Below are positions 12,345 to 26,205 of a stretch of 51,810 bases of DNA, piece by piece. Made by a program: the position numbers and the translations under genes. The notes beneath the pieces were generated by a model, which had not been told where the DNA came from, did no database searches, and saw only the letters and a list, made by a program, of their open reading frames with translations. Position 1 is the first letter of the stretch, and the number at the start of each line of letters is the position of its first letter. Source of the stretch: Octopus bimaculoides (taxonomy: Eukaryota); contig NC_068985.1 in assembly GCF_001194135.2 (NCBI RefSeq), forward strand, positions 102,344,836 to 102,396,645. Direction: 5' to 3'.

Positions 12345-12506
12345 GACAGGCCTCCTTCAATTTCCATCAACCAAATGCACTCACAAGGCTTTGGTCGGCC
12401 CGAGGCTATAGTAGAATAGACTTGCCCAAGGTGACACGAAGTGGGACTCAACCCGGAACTATGTGGTTCGTAAGTAAGCTACTTACCACACAGCCACTCT
12501 TACGCC
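12061..12506 (-). mobile_element. tRNA-derived SINE family B (CORE-like ccttgggcaag motif, internal (TA)n/(TG)n, conserved 3' tail), full length
   Basis: Minus strand reads ggcgtaagagtggctgtgtggtaag (A box) ... ccgggttgagtccc (B box) ... caccttgggcaagt ... (TA)n ... gctccaggatggccacagtcaaatgactgaaacaagtaaaagaa. It is homologous to 32641-33229. Confidence 0.9.
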
Positions 12507-14301
12507 TTATATAACGTAAATATATTCTATATACATATCTATATGCGTATAATTATATAAATGAGAAATTTTAGATGTGCAAAAATATGGTATATGGAAG
12601 CAGGGAGAAATGTTAAAAAAGAATTATAAGGAAATAAGACAAGGCTGAGATTAGTCACAATATTATCCTTGAGCAGCAGGCAAGCTTCTTTCACTAAATA
12701 ATTAAGTATATACATTTTTGTGTATCCATGAATTTGGTATGCTATTTCGATTTTCTCCCAATGAGGTAGGTATGTACATGTGAGTGTGTGTGTGTGTGTG
12801 CATGCTTGCAATTGCGTGTATACATGTGCGATAATATACAGACCGTACCACTTGCTCGTCTGACGTCCTGGCCGTCAACATTCGTGAATGTATTATTGAT
12901 ATGGGCAACCTTCCTTTCTCGGGATTATTATACCCAGCGGATTTCCTCTGGATTGAGAATGTCAGAAAGGAGGCTACGTGAATAATGATATTTCTATAGG
13001 GGACAGGTATTTTATTTATGCGAAAAGATGAAATACTAATCTCAGTCGGTATGATATGAATTGATATTTACACTGCTGAGATTTCAAAAGCGTCAGTTAT
13101 TCTATTCAACGCACTGAATGTGTCAATCTGCCGAGTATGTATCCATATATATATATATGTATATAAACAAATAGTAAATGAGTATATGCATATANNNNNN
13201 NNNNNNNNNNNNNNNNNNNNNNNNNNNNNNNNNNNNNNNNNNNNNNNNNNNNNNNNNNNNNNNNNNNNNNNNNNNNNNNNNNNNNNNNNNNNNNNNNNNN
13301 NNNNNNNNNNNNNNNNNNNNNNNNNNNNNNNNNNNNNNNNNNNNNNNNNNNNNNNNNNNNNNNNNNNNNNNNNNNNNNNNNNNNNNNNNNNNNNNNNNNN
13401 NNNNNNNNNNNNNNNNNNNNNNNNNNNNNNNNNNNNNNNNNNNNNNNNNNNNNNNNNNNNNNNNNNNNNNNNNNNNNNNNNNNNNNNNNNNNNNNNNNNN
13501 NNNNNNNNNNNNNNNNNNNNNNNNNNNNNNNNNNNNNNNNNNNNNNNNNNNNNNNNNNNNNNNNNNNNNNNNNNNNNNNNNNNNNNNNNNNNNNNNNNNN
13601 NNNNNNNNNNNNNNNNNNNNNNNNNNNNNNNNNNNNNNNNNNNNNNNNNNNNNNNNNNNNNNNNNNNNNNNNNNNNNNNNNNNNNNNNNNNNNNNNNNNN
13701 NNNNNNNNNNNNNNNNNNNNNNNNNNNNNNNNNNNNNNNNNNNNNNNNNNNNNNNNNNNNNNNNNNNNNNNNNNNNNNNNNNNNNNNNNNNNNNNNNNNN
13801 NNNNNNNNNNNNNNNNNNNNNNNNNNNNNNNNNNNNNNNNNNNNNNNNNNNNNNNNNNNNNNNNNNNNNNNNNNNNNNNNNNNNNNNNNNNNNNNNNNNN
13901 NNNNNNNNNNNNNNNNNNNNNNNNNNNNNNNNNNNNNNNNNNNNNNNNNNNNNNNNNNNNNNNNNNNNNNNNNNNNNNNNNNNNNNNNNNNNNNNNNNNN
14001 NNNNNNNNNNNTCAGTCATGTAAAAACAAATAGTAAATGAGTATATGCATATATACGTACAAGTGTGTGCATACCGACATCCACCTGTATGTATAGGTGC
14101 ATATATGCACATACACTCACACAAGGATATACACAGGGAAACATAGGAAGGGAGATAAATAGATCGATAGGTAGAAAAATAATACCATATACGGGAATAG
14201 AAACGTATATTTATCTCTTCTTTCAGGATAACGTTCTCTGAAAACTATTGCACATTATCATTGACATGTGCACGATATATATATAAATATATATATATAT
14301 G

Positions 14302-14400
<99 letters not shown>

Positions 14401-16507
14401 GTGGTCACAGAGTGTGATATTTCAAGTATTTTTATTTGTTTGTTTTCTAATTGTGATTCTTATGATAAAATCACTGCGGGTGTTGCCTCTCACTAACCTG
14501 TAATTTATCAGTGTAAGGTTAGTAAGTTAAATTATTCGTATATTATTCATCGATCTTCACTTCATTAATATACGGATCGGTTCTCTCATTTTCTATTCAT
14601 GCGTTCAGAAAATATATTTATTGAAATGTATTTATATATTAGACGCTTGGCGCTTGCTATGAGGTTGTGGGCTTATTGTGTATTTCTTTATTTCTTTTTT
14701 TCTGTTTTTGGAATCAAATTAGTTTTTGAAGTATGACTAGATTATTAAATCTACACATTAAAAAGTTGAAAGTGGAGTTCGGTTAGTGCATTACCATTAT
14801 GATAATTTTTTTTTATTTCATTTCACATACAATGGTAAAGAATAAAATACATGAAATCAAAATAGCAAAATGTGAGCTAAAAGGAATAATACTTGTTCGT
14901 AAATGAAATGAATTTAGATATATCAAAAAAAGGGATTAAGTGCTGAATAGCGTAGCCGAAAAATATCTTACAATTTATTGACAGTTTCCACGTAAGTTTA
15001 AATGAATAGGATAATGTTGCGGTAGTTGTGTGCAGCACTTAAATGAAATGGGAGATAACCTCAAAGAAATAAAAAGTAATTTCACAAAATTTAATTTATA
15101 TGCGAGATGGAAAATTGTGACTGACATTTGTTGCCAAACAATAAGGAAAGTTGTGGATGTTTTAGACTTTTTGAATACATTGAATTTAGATTTGCTTTCC
15201 TCAAGAACATATATCCATAGCTGTCAATTTACTAGTAACAAATATCAGATTTCTCCAACCACGTAAATTATTTTACGCAAAGGATTTTTAAAAAATTATC
15301 TCCTCTTTTCTTTTTAGACCCGCTATAACTACCTCTAAGTTTTCGCTGCTTTACCCTAAGAACAGAATTTATTGGATTCTTCATTCAGTTCAACAGCTCA
15401 TATAAGGTTTAGAAAATACCTAGTATATATACAGAAGTACATACGAAGACACCAGCTCTCAGCAACTATTAAAATGAAACTCCAATACGTATTCACATAC
15501 CAAGCATTTCAAATTTTATAATTTGCGATTGATTATATTTTATTCTGCACTGCATCGTCTATCCAATCAGCAACGTTATAAATATTTCTCGTTATTATTG
15601 CTTCTGTGACCTTACGCACTTTCGTCACTGTCAAATGATTAGGAATTTATTTTGTTTTTCTAACAAAAATACAATTAAAAATTTATAGTCATAAATATGA
15701 AATGATGGAATCTTTTCCAGTTTGCTCAGAATATTTTAGATTAGTAAACAGATGATATTTACACTGATTAATACAACTATTATCTATATTGTCAGACAGG
15801 TGCAGATATATTGTCCTCTTGTAGAGTACTGTAAGTGTACGCACGTCAGTGACAAGTTTCTCCGATTCTATTCGATCTCCGTTTGTCACTTTTCGCAATA
15901 AAGTGACAACCTGAATACACAGGACATGGCAAAGGATTTTTCAGCGAGGTGCTTCTTAATTAACGTTTTCAATAAGCAATGCTTGCGAGGATTTCTTCTG
16001 CACACCCCAGGGTTATTCAAAAGATAGACTCCATCTGAATGTCGATACAGTTTCTTACGGGTGGTATCACAACATCGGGGGAGATGAAGCATGGTATCTT
16101 ATACGACATCAAATGGATCCTTCAATAAAATGTGAATTGAAATGTTTCGTTTATTCGTTTTTTCTTACTGCAATTCTCAGTTCAAAAGGAAGAAAGAAGC
16201 GAGATATACTATAAAGCAATATGTACAACTCTTTAACGAATTTAGAATTTGCTTAACGTATTGTAACATGATGTAACAATGAGAAAATATACAACTAGGA
16301 TGCATCCTTAAAATTTAGTACCTAAATACATTATCTGCTTGTCATTAGAACTCGGAATAGACTGGAGAAATTTCCACTAAATCCAATAGAGGCAGAATCT
16401 TACAATTTCATCAGTATTCTTGTTGATTTTTATTCTGGGAAAGTATAAGCCGTTCAGGATGTTTCTTTCAGTGTTATACATACGTATTACCAAAGCATAC
16501 ATGCACA

Positions 16508-16585
<78 letters not shown>

Positions 16586-17439
16586 NNNNNNNNNNNNNNN
16601 NNNNNNNNNNNNNNNNNNNNNNNNNNNNNNNNNNNNNNNNNNNNNNNNNNNNNNNNNNNNNNNNNNNNNNNNNNNNNNNNNNNNNNNNNNNNNNNNNNNN
16701 NNNNNNNNNNNNNNNNNNNNNNNNNNNNNNNNNNNNNNNNNNNNNNNNNNNNNNNNNNNNNNNNNNNNNNNNNNNNNNNNNNNNNNNNNNNNNNNNNNNN
16801 NNNNNNNNNNNNNNNNNNNNNNNNNNNNNNNNNNNNNNNNNNNNNNNNNNNNNNNNNNNNNNNNNNNNNNNNNNNNNNNNNNNNNNNNNNNNNNNNNNNN
16901 NNNNNNNNNNNNNNNNNNNNNNNNNNNNNNNNNNNNNNNNNNNNNNNNNNNNNNNNNNNNNNNNNNNNNNNNNNNNNNNNNNNNNNNNNNNNNNNNNNNN
17001 NNNNNNNNNNNNNNNNNNNNNNNNNNNNNNNNNNNNNNNNNNNNNNNNNNNNNNNNNNNNNNNNNNNNNNNNNNNNNNNNNNNNNNNNNNNNNNNNNNNN
17101 NNNNNNNNNNNNNNNNNNNNNNNNNNNNNNNNNNNNNNNNNNNNNNNNNNNNNNNNNNNNNNNNNNNNNNNNNNNNNNNNNNNNNNNNNNNNNNNNNNNN
17201 NNNNNNNNNNNNNNNNNNNNNNNNNNNNNNNNNNNNNNNNNNNNNNNNNNNNNNNNNNNNNNNNNNNNNNNNNNNNNNNNNNNNNNNNNNNNNNNNNNNN
17301 NNNNNNNNNNNNNNNNNNNNNNNNNNNNNNNNNNNNNNNNNNNNNNNNNNNNNNNNNNNNNNNNNNNNNNNNNNNNNNNNNNNNNNNNNNNNNNNNNNNN
17401 NNNNNNNNNNNNNNNNNNNNNNNNNNNNNNNNNNNNNNN

Positions 17440-17476
<37 letters not shown>

Positions 17477-17886
17477 GAATATATATGCACATATAGATAA
17501 TGTAACTGAAAGTCATGTATATATGTATGTATAATAGGAGTTTCAGTTATATACTATGAATGTCTATTATTATTTTCTAATTTTGGGGTGTTATTTTCAC
17601 TTTATTATGCTGAAAATCGATTTAGATTCTGTGATTCTTACTGTTTTTTTCTTCTTTTTCTTCGTGTTCTCAAGTGTACATGCTTGGTTCTCTGTGTGTG
17701 TTAGATTCTGTTTTATATGCGAGTTTGCATGTGTGTGTAGATAATCTATTTGTAGACATTGGTCTCTAATGTGAAAATGTGTGTAATATTTATGCTTTAT
17801 CAGTATGAACGTGTGTGTCTGAAAGCCTGCGTGTATGTGCAAGTATTAATGTGTACATATGTATACAGGTTAAAATATCTAGCTAT

Positions 17887-17936
<50 letters not shown>

Positions 17937-19014
17937 GTGTGTGCGTGTGTGTATGCATGTATATGTATACACACACATGTTTATATATATATATAAGACT
18001 ATAGAAACATAATACACATATATATATATTGACAAAAGGGGGCAGTCAGAGTTTTAGATAATCCTTTATCAGCGCCTTCGGTCGCTTTTCCAACTCGTCA
18101 AGACAAAATGAAAATCAAAATTGTAAAAGCAGAACGTTTCATTGTTCATAGGAATATCCATATGTATTTGCTGAGGCGATATTTAATTGCTGTCTCGGTA
18201 AGTAAATCTAGATTTCCGTGCTACAACATGTATGACTCCTTTTTACATTTTATTTTCACACACGAGGAATACCTAAGACTAGAATTGGTAGCATACTATA
18301 ATAGTCCTACCGGTTATTTGTGAATTCTAACGGTGAACGAGCTCTAATTGTATTCTAATACGTCCTTAATAGAACAATACATCTTTCTATATCTGCAATT
18401 ATAAATACACACATGCTTACAGATATACATATATCGAAAAAGAGAGAATTTATTAGATATAAATAAAATGCCGTAGCTATTATCAATATTTGTGTTCCAT
18501 AATTTTTCTTGTTAATTAAGACTTAATTTCAAAATACAAAAATTCTTCAATAAGTTTGGTTTCGATTAATCTCGAAAATTCGCCAGAACTCAAATTACCA
18601 TTATATATATCGAATGACTTCACTAATTACGCAACTAACTGTTATTTAAATCCAATAAGCTTAGATAACACCTAACTCACGTATATATTAACCATGTGCA
18701 ACACAGCAATTGTGTCTACATGAGACTCGAACACCTGACAGAAATTCAAAACAATGTATACGTCTTATCAAGCATTGTATCACCCCGAGAGAAAGAGAAC
18801 ATGCCTATTGTGAATATGCTGTGAAAATAGGGGAATATGATCGCACAGCAATGTGTTTTGGTTACAAGTTAGTCAAAATCGGGAAGCTCCAGATTCTGGA
18901 CAGTAACAACCCAAAACAACATCGTATGTGTATAAAGCAAATCAACATATATAATGCTAACTTTTCCTCGGGATTTGCCCTATGGTAATCATCTATATGC
19001 ATTGAAATCTAAGC

Positions 19015-19850
19015 ATTCATCAGATCAAAAAGTCCCCGGAGTAGTTATGTCTAATGAAAAAAAGGACTTATTTACTTGAGGTTTAAAATCATCTCCTTCG
19101 AAATAGTCACCTTGCGCAGCACTGCACTTGTCCCTGCATTCCTGCCACTTTTCGAATCCGACCTGAAAGTTGTTGTTGCTGCAAGCGAGTGAAGGACATT
19201 CTGCGATACGTTCATGGTCTCGACAGCGGTAATAAAACGGCGATCTTCGATGCGAAGGTCTCCCAATGCAAATACATATATCCTTTTTCCCGTGACGAAA
19301 ATTTACTGATCTCGAAAAAGAATAAACAAGCAATGTTAAATCTCTGAATGAGGTATAAACAGTAACTGCACGACAACGTGAAGTACATTTGCCACCCTAA
19401 GGATGATTGCTACTGTAGCTTTTAGCTGGCTATTGACATACTTTCTGTGCTCTGTCGGTATTTGCAAAGGGAAATCATCTTTCCCATCGTCGACGTGACG
19501 TGATACGCACGGACCCAGAGATTTAACATTGTTTGTTTACACTTTTTCGAAACCAGTAAATTTTCGTCACTGGAAAAAGGATATATGTATTCGCATTGGC
19601 TTCACTCACGATCACGAGATCATGGTTTCAATTTCTAGTCTCGGTGTTCCGTCGTGTTCTTCAGCAAATCGCTTCAGCGCACTTTGCCCTGCGATCACTT
19701 CGACACCTGATCAAGCAACGCTCACTTACTGGACGGAGGAACTAAACGTGCAGCACATACATTTGATCACTGTAAACAAATTTCTTCAGGTCGTCCAGCA
19801 AAAGCCGAACGCTCATACGTCGCTTTCGACGGCAGTGTCCATTATATATA
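19015..19850 (-). mobile_element. Mariner (Tc1/mariner) transposon relic with an inverted internal segment
   Basis: Minus-strand C-terminus GFEKWQECRDKCSAAQGDYFEGD is a typical mariner end (W..RW.KC....GDYFEGD). A TIR-like gatcaaaaagtccccgga sits at about 19023. N-terminal traces include AGRPEE and CAARLVP. The catalytic LHDN motif lies on the opposite strand (about 19365). Confidence 0.8.
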
Positions 19851-20284
19851 TATATAATACATATATACATACAAACATATGTGTACATACGAAGACCCAG
19901 CCCGAAATTCAAATGTTAGTTCCATAGCAATTTTTCAGCTAAACTTGTTTATACTTCTCGGCTTCAGTAACACGTATATGACGTAGATATACTCAATTAG
20001 TAAACATAACAGGTAATCAAGTAAGGCTCTATTTTACGTTTGACTTGAGGTTCTGGTTCACTGCACATATTTACAGCTACACAACTTTTGCTATTGATTT
20101 TTTTACTCACCATTCAGCCATTACCTGGTTACTTTATGATAGAGATTAAATAGAGACAAAAGCACTAAAATATATATTCAAAGTTATATGTATTTTTAGA
20201 ATAACGCAGTGATGTACAGACATATAAGCAGATACATATTCAGAAGCTTGCACACTTACATATATATATATATATATATATATC

Positions 20285-20317
<33 letters not shown>

Positions 20318-20801
20318 NNNNNNNNNNNNNNNNNNNNNNNNNNNNNNNNNNNNNNNNNNNNNNNNNNNNNNNNNNNNNNNNNNNNNNNNNNNNNNNNNNN
20401 NNNNNNNNNNNNNNNNNNNNNNNNNNNNNNNNNNNNNNNNNNNNNNNNNNNNNNNNNNNNNNNNNNNNNNNNNNNNNNNNNNNNNNNNNNNNNNNNNNNN
20501 NNNNNNNNNNNNNNNNNNNNNNNNNNNNNNNNNNNNNNNNNNNNNNNNNNNNNNNNNNNNNNNNNNNNNNNNNNNNNNNNNNNNNNNNNNNNNNNNNNNN
20601 NNNNNNTATATATATGTATACATACACACATGTACAAATAGCATGTATTGGAATATACAGACTATATGTATACTTAACAATACGCAAATGCAACAACCTA
20701 TAGTTCTTCGTGTATCTTCCTTCGCACCCACGTACTATGATCTTAATTGTAGTAAGAAGACTTAACATTAAATACACCACATTTATTGATGATCGCTTAT
20801 A

Positions 20802-20839
<38 letters not shown>

Positions 20840-20999
20840 CATACGCACATACATTAGCCCATGCGTTTCCATTTACACGTGACCGTTCCTGTATTACAAT
20901 CTATAACTGCTAGTTATATTTAACAGTCTATAATTTGTTGGGAAAATGTCTAACTCGAAGCCTCAAACACTGACGAGCCGAATGTTCTATTTGGTCTTC

Positions 21000-21570
21000 T
21001 TTTCTTCGATTCTTAGTTCAACAAAGGTCCCTTTGCTTTAATGAGCGATTCCCTTATGAAATACATCAAAATCTTACAATTACATCTCTTGTGTTTCCAT
21101 CAGAAATCAATATTCTATTCCAAATAAAGTTCTTGTAACTCTTCACTTGGTATTCTACACATAATTTATTTGTTTTAAAAGATACCGTATGGATTTATAA
21201 ATTTGTTTGAAGATGTAGTAAAAAATAGCCATTAGTTTCCTGATAGTTTATTTTTCTTTCCTATTATTTGCATTGTATTTAGTTAATTTGGTTGAATTTA
21301 TATCCACCGGTTTTCTCTCTGTAGTTAATACCAGCTGGTGGGTGTTATTCGCAATTCTTTATGTTTATTGATATTGGGACACAGCATAGTAGGTATGTCA
21401 ACAGAATCAGGAGACTTAAACACTAACTTAATTATATTTATTGGAATAATAAATACTAGTATAACATACAGATTTTCAGGCAATTATCTATTTGCTTTCA
21501 CAATAATGGACATTTTTCTAACCGTAGACGAAATACTAATGATCCTGGTTCTTTTGTGAACACCTTCTTT
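21000..21570 (-). mobile_element. Possible highly degraded CR1/L2/Jockey-type LINE fragment (region just before the RT domain)
   Basis: Minus-strand motifs in order: KKVFTKE (cf. SVFTKE), KSPDSVDIP (cf. KSPGPDGIP), ITPTSW (cf. G.VP..WK). Spacing is shorter than canonical. Confidence 0.3.
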
Positions 21571-22573
21571 ATGTTCATAACAGTAGCAGTTAATATCTGG
21601 ATCCCTGCATATTTCCAAGGTCATTAGGATTAAAATGCACTTCATCAAATTAATATCAGCTCTATTCAGATGAAGGAGTACGATTAATTAAACCAACGTC
21701 ATTGTCAAAGAGCGCATTCATGGTCACACAGCCTGCAAGAAATAGTCACTAAATAAACCACATATAATGTTTTACTCTGGTATAAAAGAAATAGGATAAC
21801 TAAATCTGGACTCAAGATATCTGAATGATATATTGAATGCTCACAACTACGATGATTTTTCGTCGTACTTCTGGTCTATCCGAAGACAGCAACTACATTT
21901 ATCTGTTTAGTTCAAATAAAAATATCAGCAAAGTTTTTTCAGTCATATGATAACTAGAGAAGATTTGTACACCAGAACAAATACATTAAGTTATCTCCTC
22001 AGATACGTAATTGTTTGCACAACTTAATCATTTCTATTTCTTACAGATTTGTAATGCAAACACCGCTATGCTGTCTAATAAATTGATATGGCGCATCAAC
22101 ACAATTAACGTAAAATGATTACTACGTGGACATCATTTCAATATTTTACTGATTGCAAGTGTTGACAGTGGCCATGCTCCTGGATATATTCTACATTATA
22201 CCTAGAGGTAGCACTTAATCATTTGAGAGCCAGTGAGTGCGCGTAGAATGTGGTGAGAAGAAAAATTATAGTTACTTTGTCTGAAGGTCAAGTCATAATA
22301 CATATAGCCATCATTACTGCTTCAGATTGTCATACATCCGCCATTAAAGCATTAGATTATCTGAATACAGTCAACACATAATTTATATTTAATTATAAAA
22401 CACATCTCTTACATGTTTCAAGACCTACTCGAAAACTTTATCACAACTACTCAGACAACCATTATGCTCTTAATAAACTACATATTGCATGATATAATCA
22501 AAGCGGCAGTTGAAATGCGTTCGCGTAGATGGAAAGCATTTGTCTATATATTTCTCAATATCAGCGCTGGCCT

Positions 22574-22787
22574 AAAGCGGCGAGCTGGCAGAGACGTTAG
22601 CTCGCTGGATGAAATGCTTCGCGTTATTTCGTCTATTTTACGTTCAGAGTTCAAATTCCGCCGAGATCGACTTTGCCATTCATCTTTTCGGAATCGGTAA
22701 ATTAAATACCATTTGCGTAGAAGGGTCTGTCTAATCGACTGGCCCCACTTCCCCAAAATTCCGGGCCTTGTGTGTAGAGTAAAAAAA
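22574..22787 (+). mobile_element. SINE family A copy with an A-tail and a 17-bp target-site duplication
   Basis: aatatcagcgctggcct occurs at 22557-22573 and again at 22788-22804. Confidence 0.93.
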
Positions 22788-23887
22788 AATATCAGCGCTG
22801 GCCTGGTGGTTAAAAAGAAGAAAAAGCTAACATCAAATTTTTTATTTACTAATAATTATTCATTTATGGCAATCAGCTTTGAAGATTTATGTAAAGTGTC
22901 CTCTTTACTTAAAGCCAGACAGTAATGACTGTGGTGATAATATAATTTCATTACCTCCTTCGCGTTGTTTCTGAGCAATTAGTTTGCCTATTGAACACGG
23001 TGTCCTTGCTTACATATAAATATCCAAGAACGTTGAAGCAGCACTTCATAAATATACAACATAAAATATATTCTAACGAAACGATTACAAACATAACACA
23101 TAGTACTCAATATATTTTGCAGTGTTTGCATTTATTACAAATTAGTCGTATATTTACTCTTCTGAAACAGGGGCTTTCACGCCATCTTGTTGAGACGTAA
23201 TTGAAAACGACACCGAGAAAAACATAAACTAAGTTTTTTTTTTTTTATGTGAGCACGTAAGTGCATGTGGAATTATACAGGCATAATCAATACGCTCACA
23301 CACGCGGTCGCGCCTATATATGTATGTATTTAAGTATGTAACTATATATCTATGTATGTATTTATGTATGTATGTACGTGTGTATGTACGTGTGTGTGCG
23401 CGCGCGTGGGGGGGGGGGTTGCATATATGTCTAGCTTAGTATATGTATCATGTTTTCAAATATAAAAAAGAACGTTTAAATTGTGTCTCTAATTATTGAA
23501 CACTGTGTGAAACTACATTATTATCAATACAGCCAATATTAGCACCATAGTACAGCAACCTTCAACGAAGCAGTAGCCAAAAATTCGGTTAACTTCAAAA
23601 CTTCTCACAGTGCTGATCGTTTACAATACTATATTTCCTATTCAGTGTATCTAGACTCTTTCGCCATAAACACAATTTATTGACTTATTGAATATTTTTC
23701 CAACGGCTTGTTCTCCAGTTTTGTCGGTCTCAATCGATATTTTGTCCATTTTATTGAATGTTTTCAGTGCTCTGTACTACTTAAAACTAAACTGGTTCTC
23801 GTTTTCATGGCTTAGCAGCATATGCGAGTGTGATTCACGAGTGAGGTTTGCGTAGGTAACAGTGAGTGTGAGTGAGTCGAAGTATTC

Positions 23888-23925
<38 letters not shown>

Positions 23926-24389
23926 NNNNNNNNNNNNNNNNNNNNNNNNNNNNNNNNNNNNNNNNNNNNNNNNNNNNNNNNNNNNNNNNNNNNNNNNNNN
24001 NNNNNNNNNNNNNNNNNNNNNNNNNNNNNNNNNNNNNNNNNNNNNNNNNNNNNNNNNNNNNNNNNNNNNNNNNNNNNNNNNNNNNNNNNNNNNNNNNNNN
24101 NNNNNNNNNNNNNNNNNNNNNNNNNNNNNNNNNNNNNNNNNNNNNNNNNNNNNNNNNNNNNNNNNNNNNNNNNNNNNNNNNNNNNNNNNNNNNNNNNNNN
24201 NNNNNNNNNNNNNNNNNNNNNNNNNNNNNNNNNNNNNNNNNNNNNNNNNNNNNNNNNNNNNNNNNNNNNNNNNNNNNNNNNNNNNNNNNNNNNNNNNNNN
24301 NNNNNNNNNNNNNNNNNNNNNNNNNNNNNNNNNNNNNNNNNNNNNNNNNNNNNNNNNNNNNNNNNNNNNNNNNNNNNNNNNNNNNNNNN

Positions 24390-24434
<45 letters not shown>

Positions 24435-25475
24435 GTATGTATATATATATGTATAATATATATATAATATATGTATATATAGATATATAAATATATATAT
24501 ATGTTCATATGTGTGGGTGCGTGAGTATGTATATGTATCTCCGAGTCTATGTGCGAGTGTGTGTGTATGTTAGCGCGCGTTTTTTTTTTGTCTGTGTGTG
24601 TCTGTATGTATATGTGTGTGTGCGTTCCCAATTCCAATTTCATTAAGTACATACTTTCATTGTTCATGAACTTGCTCTTCAGCTGACTGCATGGTACATA
24701 TATAATACGCTAATAACTATCTTTCGTATGCTCTGGACACTATTGTTAATTTGTGATGATACATATATTATTAACGTGCATATACAATAAAAGTTAAATA
24801 TATAGCGATTCAATGAATTATTCTGTGTGTGTGTGCAGACATAACAGTGTTAGCTTTATGTTGTTCTGATTACCTTTCGCTTGTGATAAATGTTCTAGTT
24901 AGACACGTATATCAATAGTATCTAAAATTATATTCGTGGTTATGCAATTAAGTGAGTGCTTAATATAATTTTTGTATCAGTAGTAATTCTAAGAATAGAT
25001 ATATTGCGTTGAAATTTGTATTTCGAGATCGTATGTGATATGTGTGTTTGTGCGCGCGTGTGTGCGCGTGTGTGTGCGTGCCTAGTCGAGTGTGTACGTA
25101 TGAATTTCTATGTCTATACAAAAATGTGTGTGTATATTCAAATCTATAAACACACATACACATATACACTCACTTACTCACAAACTTACGCACGCACTCA
25201 CGCACATTAACACACACATATAGGCAATTTAATGGACAGTATATAAACATATAAATATAGGGCTACTAATTCTTTCTTACCGTGAAGACACAAAGCACGT
25301 TATGAAAACCAGCCTAACCGCGTGTCTCCACAGCAGGAAACTATTTACTAATAGTTCACTTCGTTATATCTTTATATTGTTGTACCTGTTCCTGTTTGTA
25401 TACCCAAGACCGTGAGCGAATGGAGTGGCGCTTTTCACCATTGTTCCTCTGTGTGCGTATGTGTGTACGTGTGAG

Positions 25476-25519
<44 letters not shown>

Positions 25520-25763
25520 TGTGTGTGTGTGTGCGTGCACGTGTGTATGTGTGTATATGTGTGTGCGCGTCGAATGTAAATAATGTAAATCTGTGGTATT
25601 GAGCAGAATATTTGTTGTAGCCCATCTTTTATACCAAGGCAAAATAATGTACATGATAGCACTTCCACTGAGTTAAGATCAAAAGCCCTGAGAGCCATTA
25701 TCTTGTACTGCATCAGGGCATAGTCTGATACTGCATCAGGACATTTCTGGTTTTGCATCGGGG

Positions 25764-25764
<1 letters not shown>

Positions 25765-25804
<40 letters not shown>

Positions 25805-25807
25805 TTA

Positions 25808-25870
<63 letters not shown>

Positions 25871-25900
25871 CTCTTATTATTATTATTGTTATCATTATTA
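25765..25900. repeat. (ATT)n microsatellite
   Basis: Seen directly. A second run lies at 26130-26204. Confidence 0.97.
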
Positions 25901-25915
25901 TATCTGTTTTATGAG

Positions 25916-26128
25916 AAGGCGGTAAGCTGGCACAATCGTCAGCACGTCAGGCAGAATACTCGGCCTTATTTCGTTCGTCTTTAAGTTTTGAGTTGAAATT
26001 CCGCTGAGGTCGACTTTGCCTCTTATACTTTCGTGGTCGATAAAATAAGTACCAGTCAAGTACTGGAGCCGATATAATCGACTAGTCCCCTCCCGAAAAT
26101 GTCAGGTCTGGTGCCTATTGTAGAAAGG

Positions 26129-26130
<2 letters not shown>
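25916..26130 (+). mobile_element. SINE family A copy
   Basis: aaggcggtaagctggcacaatcg ... gagttgaaattcc ... ggtcgataaaataagtaccagt ... tagaaaggat(tat)n. Confidence 0.9.

Positions 26131-26205
<75 letters not shown>

Noticed and set aside
15800-16130. Possible second mariner trace (GGDEAWYL / ILYDIKW, cf. TGDEKWILYDN)
   Set aside because: One short frameshifted motif only, with no TIR and no second catalytic motif.
23560-23775. Minus-strand ALKTFNKMDKISIETDKTG, resembling the Penelope IKPADKG region
   Set aside because: No downstream RT motifs are recognisable.
24630-24690. Minus-strand CTGAAGA...GAAAGTATGTACTT hammerhead-like layout
   Set aside because: Stem I cannot form and stem II lacks a proper closing pair.
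25690-25765. Three copies of a tgcatc(a/g)gg(g/a)cat motif
   Set aside because: Short degenerate local repeat, possibly a fragment of another interspersed repeat. CTGATGC is not a hammerhead core.
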